Shown here: positions 40,159 to 53,399 of the stretch, one piece after another
Layout: the number at the start of each line of letters is the position of its first letter
How positions within the stretch are numbered: position 1 is the stretch's first letter
Source of the DNA: Octopus vulgaris
Lineage: Eukaryota
Direction: 5' to 3'
Assembly (NCBI GenBank): GCA_951406725.2
Contig: OX597821.1
Coordinates: 38,130,001-38,194,000, forward strand
Length of the DNA stretch: 64,000 nt
Program-made: the position numbers and the translations under genes
The notes under the pieces: model-generated
The model's input: only the letters and a program-made list of their open reading frames with translations
Databases searched by the model: none
Told to the model about the DNA's origin: nothing

Positions 40159-40565
40159 AGGCGCAGGAGTGGCTGTGTGGTAAGTAGCTTTCTAACCAAC
40201 CACATGGTTCCCGGTTCAGTCCCACTGCGTGGCACCTTGGGCAAGTGTCTTCTGCTATAGCCCCGGGCCGACCAATGCCTTGTGAGTGGATTTAGTAGAC
40301 GGAAACTGAAAGAAGCCTGTCGTATATATGTATATATATATATAAGTGTGTGTGTATATGTTTGTGCGTCTGTGTTTGTCCCCCTAGTATTGCTTGACAA
40401 CCGATGCTGGTGTGTTTACGTCACTTAGCGGTTCGGCAATAGAGACCGATAGGATAAGTACTGGGCTTACAAAGAATAAGTCCCGGGGTCGATTTGCTCG
40501 ACTAAAGGCGGTGCTCCAGCATGGCCGCAGTCAAATGACTGAAACAAGTAAAAGAGTAAAAGAGA
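40159..40565 (+). mobile_element. SINE family B, full length
   Basis: tRNA-like head ggcgcaggagtggctgtgtggtaag...ggttcagtccc, internal TA/TG tract, 3' (agtaaaag) repeats. Confidence 0.92.
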
Positions 40566-41091
40566 GAGAGAGTATTCTGTTGAATGATAATTTCAAATGA
40601 AATAAAACTGCTTTCACGTTTACGTAATCCTGTCTTCTTATTGAATAAACTTCAATTGGATAAATGCTATTTGCTGTTACATAAATTATGACTTTTATGG
40701 GGAATAATGTCTGTGGTGCATTGACTGTTGGAATGCTTTCTACCATTCGTATGTTCAGTCAGGGGTGATACTAAACTGGATCTAAATGACGACAAAACTA
40801 CGAGTAAGAGGCGTGGACATTTTAGAAAATCGTTCTTCACAAACACACACACACACACAGATGGAAACTTGCTACGCGAAGGTTTTCGTGTCTGCTCAAA
40901 CAGGGGTCATCTGGCTCTAAACAATTACAAATATATCGTGGCAACGAAGACTCCACTGTGTATGTGATTTTCAAACATTTCTCCGTCGTTTACACCCTCG
41001 GCTCAATGTATTTTGCAATTTACTCTTTTATTCCTACGGACAAAATATATTACTGTTTTTACACACACACACAGACATACAGGCATACACA

Positions 41092-41139
<48 letters not shown>

Positions 41140-41710
41140 CCGGTATCGCTGCCAAATCGCTGTCTTTAGGATAGCATGATAGAGCGTGTAAGCACGTGTG
41201 TCTGTATATGTGTGTGTATATATTTCGTTGTCTATATATATTTGTATGTCTGTCTATATGTATGTATCTCTTAAATGTTCAGTTATTCTCAGATTTACAT
41301 ATCGTATATATATAGGGAAGTGATTTTTCTTCATATACTTTCTATGTTATTTAAGAGCCGTAACCTATTTTTTGTAATGTAATACCTGTTTCGAGGACTA
41401 CATTGCAGATATTGTTCAGCAAAACTTGGAAAATTAAATCATCGTAACGCTGTTCAATAGTGACGATATGATCGCTTTATTAGGAGTTTTATTTATTTAC
41501 ATTTGCGATCGAGCTAGTACGCCGATCAATTCTCCCATCTTGCATAACTCAATTATTAGAACGCCATAACATATTACCATGACATTTAATGCAGTTATTT
41601 CTGTCGGTCTTTATCTTTCTGACAGTGAACGAAGAACTGGTGACGAATCTTTCCGAAACTATTTCGAAAAATGTTTTATTTTCTATCTGCTTTATAGTTG
41701 TATTTGCAGC

Positions 41711-41712
<2 letters not shown>

Positions 41713-41776
<64 letters not shown>

Positions 41777-41823
41777 CACACATATATATATATACACATA
41801 TATATACACACACATATATATAT

Positions 41824-41858
<35 letters not shown>

Positions 41859-41901
41859 CACACATATATATATATATACATATATATACACATATATATA
41901 C

Positions 41902-41973
<72 letters not shown>

Positions 41974-42070
41974 GTATGCATATGTATATGCATATATATA
42001 TATTCATATATGTATATATATATATTCATATATGTATATATATATATTCATATATGTATATGTATATATA
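41713..42070. repeat. Long compound (TA)n/(CA)n microsatellite, representative of dozens in the window
   Basis: Direct inspection. Similar tracts at 110-350, 470-600, 6312-6408, 12230-12412, 27300-27600, 42720-42965 and 58050-58280; (TATC)n at 6723, 7521, 52490 and 61750. Confidence 0.98.
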
Positions 42071-42818
42071 GAGATATTGCTTCCTTTAAAGTATTTCTTT
42101 CCTATGTTCTCTGCTGTTCTCTTTCACTTCGATACACTGCAAAGATACAATCTTAATAATTTTTTAAAAATTCATTTGTTTTTGTTTATTGATGTTATTG
42201 CTGTTATTCTTTTTTTTTCTCCTCTTCTCATTATACTGTTGTCGTTGATGTAGTCGCCATTATTATTACTATTATTATTATTATTATTAGTAGTAGTAGT
42301 AGTAGTAGTAGTAGTATTGGTGGGGGTAGTGATGGTGGTGGTTGGAGTAGCCTTTTACTACATATTGTTATTTGTTTTGCATTATTCTTTTTAAATTTCG
42401 TTAGTATTTTGTATCGCGTATTTAAGTTCGCTTCTTACATTTGCTTTCATTACTCCAGTTCCAACGGAAGAAGTGATTAAATAAAAATACGTCGGCTGAT
42501 TAACCTATCCTTCTATCTAAAACTCTGCCTGCCACCGGCTCTCGCTAACAAATCAATAAGCTTCTGATAATCTTTCTTTATTCTTATCGCTTGCCATCGT
42601 CTTCAATTTTTCTCGACCTTCGCTGAGACCTCAATGTCGAACCATGTGATGTATTGTTCTGTTGCAACAGGTGTTCGCTCCCACCGGCCACCTAATAGGT
42701 TTAAGCAATACAAGTTGTGTGTGCGCGTGTGCGTGTGTATGTATGTATGTATATATGTATATATATATATAAAAATATATATATATATATATACACATGC
42801 ATACATATATATATGTGT

Positions 42819-42857
<39 letters not shown>

Positions 42858-43521
42858 CATGTATATATATGTATATATATATATATATATATACATACAT
42901 GTATATATATATATATGTATATACATATACATATATATATACACATATATGTATATATGTGTGTGTTAATACAAGTCTGATAGCATCAATGTGATGAGTG
43001 CAAGCCCCATTTACGAGAAGGCGAGTCAAAGAAGACAAATGAATTTCCAGCTGAAACACTTTCTTCTTTCTTCGCGTCCTCCCAGCCCTCATTTTTCTTT
43101 TGTTATTTTCGTTTTTATTGTGAATTCAAAGAGTAATTTTATGTGAGAAATTTAGGTCTACATGAGAAGAAGAAATTAGTAGCAATAGTACTATTGGCTT
43201 GTATCTTTTTCAAGACGATAGTAACCTTCTGTTAAGACATTGCTGTTTCTGTGTTCTTTATTGCTGGTAAACATCACAATAACCCTTCCTTATTTTCCTT
43301 ATTTCATGTTCCACTGTCAAGTTCTGTCTGTAACAAGATATATATCCAGTTGTATCTCATTTGATCAATTCAGAGGGCATCCATGTAACAAAATGGCTGA
43401 TTGTTATCTAATTGCTGTAATGTCAAAATCCAGTCTATTGTAGTGTGTTCATTAAAAGCTATTGCTGCAAGGGAAAAGGTGCAGAGACATAGACAATGAT
43501 CTAAAGAGAGCGAGAGAAAGC

Positions 43522-43577
<56 letters not shown>

Positions 43578-44537
43578 GAGAGATCATTTCTATTCCTAAT
43601 AATTTACTTCGATCTCCTTTGTGCAACTCCTCATTTTTTATTTCAAATTCAAACCTGGTTGCTCAGGCTCTGCTATTTAAGACAACATTGTCATTAATCG
43701 ATCTGTTAAGGTCTTTCGCTCGTCATTTTCAGTCTTCGCTTTTGCTTTCATTGGACGGTAAGTCTGCATCGGCATTTCAGTGTTTGTGACTCGATCCCAC
43801 AACACGAGGGCTTGGGAATATGTCATCTACCTGAGTCTTAAACTGACCAAAGCCTTATGGTTGAAAGTTGGCTGATGGACTGTTGAAAACCGTCAGTGGA
43901 GGGGAGTTTTGAATGTATTACTACTCTTCTTAGCTGGTAGATGTAGAGACCGTCACAAATCTGACCTCTGGACACCTCTAACATTGTTTACCCACTGCAA
44001 GAATTCAGCTGAGGTATTTGAGTTGATACTAACTTTCTTCTCTTTATAAATCTCGTAAATCCTCGATATTTCATGCCTGCTGTAGTTTTTCCTTTCACGG
44101 AACCCATTACAATATTACAATTTTTAGCATCTCTTCTATTGTACAAAAAACATGACTTGAGTTTCGGCGAACATTCTGATTTGTGGTTATACTGCTATTA
44201 AATGTTTAAAAATCTTTTTTTTTCCCGTTGTGCTTATCGTTTAATATCTTCCTCTACAATATTAGTATCTTTCTATCTCTTTCTCTAAGTTGTGTGCCTG
44301 GATGTGTTCCTCTAAACGAAACTTTCAAGAACCATTGCATTTATTGCGACCACTGCAGCTACTCTCTTTACAATTTGACATATGATATTGATACTAATGG
44401 TTGTATTTATTTCCTATCTCCATAGGCTGACCCATTTTACATTTTTATTGTTAATTTACATTGGGCCTTACATTGTTCCGTAGAAATATTTCTCTAATTA
44501 TTTCCATCTGTAGATTGTTGTATTAAATTCTAGCTTT

Positions 44538-45295
44538 AGAATCGTTAGTGCGCCCGGCGAAATGCTTAGCGGTATTTCGTCTGCGTTACGTTGTGTTCAA
44601 TTCCGCCGAGGTCGACTTTGCCTTTCATCCTTTCGGGGTCGATAAATTAAGTACCAGTTACGAACTGGGGTCGATGTAATCGACTTAATACCTATGTCTG
44701 TCCTTGTTTGTTCCCTCTGTGTTTAGCCCCTTGTTGGTGATAAAGAAATAGGTATTTCGTCTGCTGTTACGTTCTGAGTTCAAATTCCGCCGAGGTCGAC
44801 TTTGCCTTTCATCCTTTCGGGGTCGATTAAATAAGTATCAGCTACGCACTGGAGCCGATATAATCTACTTAATCCGTCTGTCTGTCCTTGTTTGTCTCCT
44901 CTGTGTTTATCCCCTTGTGTGTAGTAAAGAAATAGGTATTTCGTCTGCCACTACGTTCTCAGTTAAATTTCCGCAGAGGTCGACTTTGTCTTTCATCCTT
45001 TCGGAGTCGATAAATTAAGTACTAGTTACGCACTGGGGGTCGATATAATCGACTTAATCCGTCTGTCTGTCCTTATTTGTCTCCTCTGTGTTTAGCCCCT
45101 TGTGGGTAGTAAAGAAATGGGTATTTCGTCTGCCACTACGTTCTGAGTTCAAATTCCGTCGAGGTCGACTTTGCCTTTCATTCTTTCTGGGTCGATAAAT
45201 TAAGTACCAGTTACGCACTGGTGTCGATGTAATCGACTTAACCATTTGTCTGCCTTTGTCCCCTCTATGTTTAACCTATTGTGGGCAATAAAGAA

Positions 45296-45297
<2 letters not shown>
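44538..45297 (+). mobile_element. Tandem array of four family A SINE bodies (~180-185 bp units)
   Basis: Units gtatttcgtctg...aagaaat begin at ~44572, 44752, 44936 and 45121; only the first has part of the 5' head. Confidence 0.92.
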
Positions 45298-45331
<34 letters not shown>

Positions 45332-45332
45332 T

Positions 45333-45364
<32 letters not shown>

Positions 45365-46118
45365 TAGAGACGCAGTTCCTTTCCCAAATAAATAGCAAGT
45401 ATTACCTCTTTGTGTCTGTCTCGACCTTAAACACGATCTCTAGGTTATTCCATTTTTATTTCTACTAAATGCAATTTTTGCGAAAATGGAACCCAGTGAA
45501 TTTAAAAACATCAATGACAAGAAGTACGAAAATACGAGCTTTTCAGATTTGTCGTAGTTTGTAACACCATTTCATTATCACCGTAAACTGCTTTACTTTT
45601 AAGATGTGAAATTAGAAATAACGGCAGGTTTAGCTAGCAGCTACGTCTTCGCTCAGCCAGGCTTTAGCCAAATTCCTAACGTCAGCAGCCAAGCAGGAAC
45701 TCTGTGATTGCTTTGAAAGTAAGACAATTTATAAATGGAAATTTTATAGAGATTTAATTAATTTTCAAATAGACAATTACATTTCTGTTAACTTTTATAG
45801 AATTAATATATATTATCGATTGATACGAAGAATTTATAGAATCAGTACAAAGTAAATATTACATTTGAGCAATGTTGTTGGAAAGCAAGAAAATAATTTT
45901 CCATTCTTCAGTTTAGTTCTACAACTCAGGTGCAAAGAGATTACAACCGTACAGTCAGATTTGCCGGATTTTTTGTGTTTTTTTTCTTATATCGAACATA
46001 GAATTATGTTCATCGAAGCTCACTTTCATGTTAGAATGATTGGATATATGTATTAATAGTATGACGGTATATATAAATATACACACATACATATACATAC
46101 ATGTATGCGTATGTGTGT

Positions 46119-46154
<36 letters not shown>

Positions 46155-46356
46155 ATGCAGTAATGCATAAATCAATGCATACCTGCATTAATGCATAAAT
46201 CTCCTATGCATATATGCATATTTGCTAAATCCTGCTCAGATTAAAAATCATGTTACCTAGCTACAAGAGAATGTGTTTGGTTAGTTTGAATTATGCAAAT
46301 ACATGCTCACACACATTTATACATACATACATATAAATATACATAACATATAAATG

Positions 46357-46407
<51 letters not shown>

Positions 46408-47169
46408 CCATTTATGCATGTTGTTATATGTAAGCGTTATCTTTCTTGTCTCTGTTCAGTCAAAACAAGATTAATCAATTGGATAGAGAAGTCATCGTCC
46501 TAAACTTACGAAACTGTAAATATCAAATCTATTGGCGACACTTCATTGTCCTTTCTTGTCTCTGTGATTATCATTCCAGTTTGGATTTGTGACTTTTGAC
46601 GGATATTTAACGTGTTTTCTGTCGATCTTAAAATTTTAACAATCCGAACGTATTGCCATTATCCTGTATTGTTCTACAATATAATTGCTAGTTTATGACC
46701 CTTTTATATACACTAACTATCTTATTGAAAACACGTTATATTTGCATTCATTTAAAATTTGCACATAAAAACACCGCAGACCATCTTCCCCCACCACCAC
46801 AACCACCACCACCACCTCTTGTTGCAATTCTACTCGGCTATTTATGTTTCTGTGGGAAAATCAGACAATGACAAGTATATGAAAATACGAGTTCTTCAGA
46901 TATCATTATTCTCTGTCATTTGGTTTTTCGTTTCCTGTTTATAGTTTCTTAACAAAGAATGGTCAATTTTTCATCTCCTATATTTCATTATTGCTTAAAT
47001 AGGAATTTGAATTTCAAATATTTCTTAATTTTTATAAGAACATTAACATTTAGACGTTTATGTTTTCTCATGAGTTGGCGGAATTGTTTGCTCCACCAGT
47101 TTCAATGGTAATTAACTAAGTGTAATCAATCTGAAATCTCACAGACGGCAATGATGATGGTCCCCAAGT

Positions 47170-48320
47170 CCTAAAGTGCTTCTTCGCTCGAACCCGGCAC
47201 CTCTACTCTCCAACACCTCACTTGTCGTTCCTACACACAACTGTTTCTTCTTTCCAGTGCTTTCTCTCAACAGTGTTGGTCTTGGTAAGACCCAAGTTTA
47301 CACCCTCGCATCAGATCCCTTCACAATTATATGTTCGCACAATCAGCGATATTATCGATGGCGTCTTCGTTACCTGCGAATAGCTGAAACTCATTAACTC
47401 ACTCCGTCCTTCACGACATATAACCTCTACCATCTCCACCATTTTCCTCTTTATCTCTCTGGATATTTCCCAATCTCTCTACTTTTGTCTTCTACAAATT
47501 CACTGATTTCAATTTTTATTCTATGTTACTCCATCCAGCTACATTCTCATAAAACCTGATTACTTCTCCATGTAACCCCTCCGCCTCACACCTTTGTAGC
47601 CGAGATTCTGGACTCTAATGCACCACATCATTTACAATTTACCTGAAAGGAATTAGTTACCGTAACTAGTCAGTGATACTATCTTGTATTGCGTCAGCGG
47701 TGTTAACCTAGCCTCTGTCCTCATGTTTAGGAAACAACTGCTTTCCCTTTCACCTTATATCTGTCAATCTCATCATTTTAAATTTCCTTTAAACTACACT
47801 ATGGAACTTCGTTTCCTTCAATCTAACCCCATTATTCTCTACAAATTCCCTAAATACCCACCTCTTCTTTCAAATGCAACTACAAGCCCTTTGGGTTTGT
47901 AGATTTTTTTGTCTCTCACACGGTTCCTTTGTCTGTTGTCTCATGTACATTTAAACATCTCCATCTAACTCGAAACAACCTCGTTCTATCATTTTGCCGA
48001 CCGTTTCATCTGAACCTCCAACAGCATTCACACTATAAAATATCAGTTTAGCGCTTGATTATATATTGATGACGCTGATACCACCTGGTTACTTGCATTA
48101 AAAAAACACCTATTGAATGTCCGGCTTAAACACACTGGATTACTCGGACGTTTAGCGCATTACTGTCATTCTTTGCACCAATTCCACTCGAAGCTTGCGG
48201 CAGTGTTCTATGCCACAGATCTTTTGTCTCTCGTTTGCATCATAATCAACAATTCATTCTACTGTTTAACGTAACTCATTCCGTCGGGATTTATAAATAA
48301 GCGGGTTTCTTCTAACAATA
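47170..48320 (+). mobile_element. Highly degenerate Penelope-like coding remnant (RT C-terminus / GIY-YIG region)
   Basis: C/T-rich block with short frameshifted peptides reminiscent of PLE ORF ends (e.g. LQSNP; RLHHNQQFIL...PSGFINKR). Recognition only, no alignment done. Confidence 0.35.
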
Positions 48321-48570
48321 GTACCTAACTCTTTAACACTTCGATAGCAATAAACTATCATGCTTCAACCAACGGCTCAGACTGGTTATTTCTCCTTTTT
48401 TTCCTTCTTTATTTCAACCCAAAAATGTTGCAGTATCAATCATTACGACAATTGTCAAGCTTTTATGCTGGTGTTTATGTTGGCGTGTCATGGCTTGTTT
48501 TGTCGTTTTGTAGGAAGGGTGTATAGAAATACATAAGTTTTATATTCAGACACACAAGCATACAGAGATC

Positions 48571-48695
<125 letters not shown>

Positions 48696-50228
48696 GTTTG
48701 GTTCAATGCACGCCGGGATATTAGAATGCAAAAGAAGGACATAAGTTCAAACATGTTCAGTGCCATACACATATTTGATGTTGTTTGTTTCTTTTCTAAT
48801 ATTCTTGATATGAACTCCTGGCGATTGACTTGCATCTGATTAATTCTTCATTCTCCGATTATTCATTACCTTATAATTATTGACCCAGCAACACCTTCAA
48901 GTTCCGAGGTGAAGAAATATTGCTGTATTCACAAGAATCTGGCAAATACTGACATAACATTGCCGCATGTTAAATACCTCATATTTCAAATACAACTTCA
49001 AATAAAACATGGCGGTATGACGCAGTCAGAGAATATTATTCTGCCTTTTGTATTTCATAGATCGATATCAAAGTATATAAGTTAGTGATTTTTCTTGATA
49101 GTAGACCTTTCTGCTATGATCACTCTCCATTTGAATATAGAATTGTCACCTTGTGCTAAACGTGTACATCTGGGAAAAAGAACAAATTTCTTAGACTTGA
49201 GACCAAGTATTAAAAACTTATCACTTATTGATTGAGGTCTTAACTTTCTAAACTATTGTTATTAATTATCAGTAATTACATGGTTAATGGAAATTGTGAC
49301 TCAAATTAAAAACTTGGTCTCTATTTGAAGTGTTTAATGGCGCCAATAAATATGCAGAGTATCACTAGCGTACGATGAGAAAAGGAAATATGGCAAATGA
49401 TAGGTAAAGAGTGAAGATTAATGTCTAAATACTGAAAGTAAAATATCAGAATATTGAAGTTTGTGAATAATAATGTCATTCATTAATGATAATGTTAACC
49501 AGAATTTGAAAAGGAACGCTGAGTGGTTTAGCTGACAAAGCACTTAGTAAAGCAGAGTAAATCAATAGTGATCGAAAGTACGACCCACTTCTTGACTCGT
49601 AATTAAAGATTTACAGACGTTTTCATTGTTAAAGAAAATAATGAGTTTCTTCTGATATATAAGGATTTCAGTCAGCGGTCATATATTGTAAGAAAATGCA
49701 AAACACGATTTTCATCGTCGGCAAACACAAGAAAAATTTATTTGCAACATGAATTGTTTAATTAACCTACCAATGAGGGATTCAAATACATTTATCCATC
49801 CATAGAAACGTTTGAATATTGATACCATATGTCTCCAGCGAGCTTCACACAAAAAATTCCTTCTATATTATTTTATATCAGCTATATCGATTTATTTCAT
49901 TATTTTATAATATAACATGTTTGTATTGTACTTTTGAACGTTCTAAAATCAGGCAACTTTATACATTGTAGTTTCAATTCCTTTTGATCGTGGGGCATAA
50001 TCCATCGTTTAGAAATTGTAATAGTTTTAAGGAAGAGTTAACATATATTCTGTGGTATTTTAAAACATTATTCATAAGTATACTGAATTCATAGGTTTAT
50101 ATCTTACGAAGTAAATTCGAACACGTCTTGCGACTATTAAATCAATATTTTACCAGAATGACGATTGATTAGTCATTGACATTGAATAGAGATGCTTCAA
50201 TCCTTGACTAGTATTGAGTTAAAGATAA

Positions 50229-50461
50229 AGGCGGCGAGCTGGCAGAAACGTTAGAACGCAGGGCGAAATGCTGAGCGGTATTTTGTCTGCCGCTACGTTC
50301 TGAGTTCAAATTTCGCCGAGGTCGATTTTGCTTTTCATCCTTTCGGGGTCGATAAATTAAGTACCAGTTACGCACAGGGGTCGATATAATCGACTTAATC
50401 CGTTTGTCTGTCCTTGTTTTCCTCTCTGTGTTTAGCCTCTTGTGGGTAGTAAAGAAATAGA
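50229..50461 (+). mobile_element. SINE family A, full length
   Basis: Near-identical to 1096-1326. Confidence 0.92.
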
Positions 50462-52503
50462 TACTCTTCATGATTCAGAGATATCTATTGTCCTCAACTA
50501 GAAATTTTACTTTATCACAGTTTCATTTTCTTTTCTTTTTTTATATTTTGCTTATGACGACGTTTGAATGTGGAGACCGCGTCAACTAGTTTCCATTTAC
50601 TTATGGTACCCATTAAGAGTAGTAAGTGCACGGCACCTTTTCGCGAATTTAACACAACAAAATACAAGCCATCGTTTCTTCGGTATGGAAGCTGGTATAT
50701 TAATATATCTCTCAACTCTCTCGACTATCGATTAATATAGAAAACATTCAGATATAAGTTAGTCTGGCTTGTCGTCATATTTTTGTCAGCCAAACTCTTT
50801 TGTATTTTGTGATGTCTTGGATGTACTTTAAAACATCTTTTATAGGAAATAACTTATTTCTTTACAGGGTATTAATATTTAAAAATATGTTCAATAAATT
50901 CCGTAAAAAAATGAGCATATTTCAAGATGATACATTTGAGAACTTTATAAATTTCATTTACGTTATCCCACCCCGAAGTATGATGGATATAAAAAAAGCC
51001 ATGGAAATTTATGAGTTGAATATAAACTGAGATCGTTACAATGTAATGCTTAACGGTTTGTTTCATGAGCAAAAAAGAAGAAACGGGAGAAATTCTAGAT
51101 GTTCTTTAAATAAACGCTGTTCAGAATATAAAGAAAATCGTGACACTTTTCTTCAGTTATGTCAACAGAAACGCTTCCATAATACCTGTGGCAAGTTTGA
51201 TCGTAAACAAACTTCAGTTCATGCTTCATAATTCCAAGAAATAGATTAAAGTAGATAATGTGTCAGAATTTAGATTAAATTGTGGTAAACGTGTATACCG
51301 TAAATCACCCCACTTTTGTTGGCAGACAATATGTTTATCTCTTCTAGTTTCTGTCTATATAACAAAATTATAGGACATAAGGGATAGGTATGTCAAAATA
51401 GATTTAATATTTTACAAGTGCTGATAGCTTATATAGCTGGGTAGAAACTCGTATTTAGGTAGAATCGTTTACGACATGTTATAATTCCGTGAAATTATTA
51501 CATTCAGATTTCTCAGTGGCACAAAGAACTTAGGTTTCAAGGATTAAAACGACTGAAAAAAAATAGATGCTCCCTTCATATAACAGGGGACATGAGTCCG
51601 CGTTTAGGAACATTTTGAGTAGAAATCATTTGAGCTTTTAAGCTCTTTCCTTCTACTTCCCTAGGTGTCGATGGTAAAAGGAACAAATATCGAGAGTTAC
51701 TATTTCTCTTCGTTATTTCAGTTGATTCTCACGAAAATTAAACGTTATTTAGATTCTGCAGGAACTGTAACTTCCGCAAACTTGCTACTGTGTTAGTCTT
51801 TAACCATTTATACAGTGAGAGGGAGAAAGATAGACAGACACAGCGCGAAAGAGGGAGAGAGACATCGAGAAAGAGAAAGAGAGTTGGGCAGACGGACAGG
51901 GGGAAGGAGAGAGAGAGAGAGAGAGAGAGAAAGCGCGCGTGTGTGTGTAGTACTGATAGTGTTATATCTTCGTGAATATCTTTACAATTGTTCAGTGGCT
52001 TATTTCTATCCTGTCAGAATATAACATGACATGTTTTGATATGTGACGTCCTTGAACCTGATTCTATGGTTCTATTAGATTAACTTGTATTTTATGTAAG
52101 GTAACGTGTGGAGTGCCTTTGTTTGCTGATGCAGGTGGCCCCTTAAGTCTTCTGTAGTTAGGTTAATTGCTGTATTACTCTTTGAGGGTACTATAAATAA
52201 TCTTGCTATCGTTTTATTGTTATTTGTCGTTGTTTTCAAGCAATTCTCTTGTCTCATTCTTGGAAATATTGTCTGCATGCACGATAGTTGTTGATACTAT
52301 TTTCTGGCAAGTTATTGTCCCTACTGTTTCAGACGATGTGTTCATTCTGATGGGGTTAGGTAGCATTAATAACCCCATGGTTATTAAAAGGGAGTTAACC
52401 ATTGCTTTCATAGAATGTCTTTGATATGTTCCCCCAAAATGATAATGATTTGACATAACACATTACAAGCTCTGGCGTCTATCTATCTGTATATCTATCT
52501 ATC

Positions 52504-52584
<81 letters not shown>

Positions 52585-52991
52585 GTCTGTCTGTCTGCCT
52601 GTCTGTCTCTATCTTCCTATCTTTTTGCTTCTACATCTATTGGTCTAAATGCTTTCCTATCGGCGTCACCGCGTCTGTCTTAGATGCTTTTCTACACAGT
52701 CTACACAAATATGATACTTATTATTATTATCATCATTATTTTATAAAAATTCTCTATAAATATATCAAAAGATTACGTAGTATCAGTTCTACGTTGGAAA
52801 AGCAATTTTTAACATGTCCTGAAAGATGTTCAAGGTCACGGAACGCTGTAAAAATATAATCTAATTATTAAATCTCTAAGTATTGTTTCTCTGGACCCTG
52901 TCGATCTAATTTCTTAGTTTTTATTTGATTTGTGTACAACTTTAGAAGAATTTATTTTCTCTATCACTATGAAATCGTTGTTACTATATAC

Positions 52992-53399
52992 TCTCTTTTA
53001 CTCTTTTACTTGTTTCAGTCATTTGACTCCGGCCATGCTGGAGCACCGCCTTTAGTCGAGCAAATCGACGCCGGGACTTATTCTTTGTAAGCCCAGTACT
53101 TATTCTATCGGTCTCTTTGCCGAACCGCTAAGTGACGGGGACGTAAACACACCAGCATCGGTTGTCAAGCAATGCTAGGGGGACAAAGACAGACACACAA
53201 ACACATACACACACACACACATAAATATATACATATATACGACAGGCTTCTTTCAGTTTCCGTCTACCAAATCCACACACAAGGCATTGGTCGGCCCGGG
53301 GCTATAGCAGAAGACACTTGCCCAAGATGCCACGCAGTGGGACTGAACCCGGAACCATGTGGTTGGTTAGCAAGCTACTTACCACACAGCCAATCCTGT
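52992..53399 (-). mobile_element. SINE family B, full length
   Basis: Close reverse complement of 40159-40565. Confidence 0.92.

Noticed and set aside
41637-41665. CTGGTGA cgaatctttcc GAAA ctatttc upstream of a TA tract
   Set aside because: The layout fits a decayed hammerhead, but the core and all stems are mutated; too weak to call.
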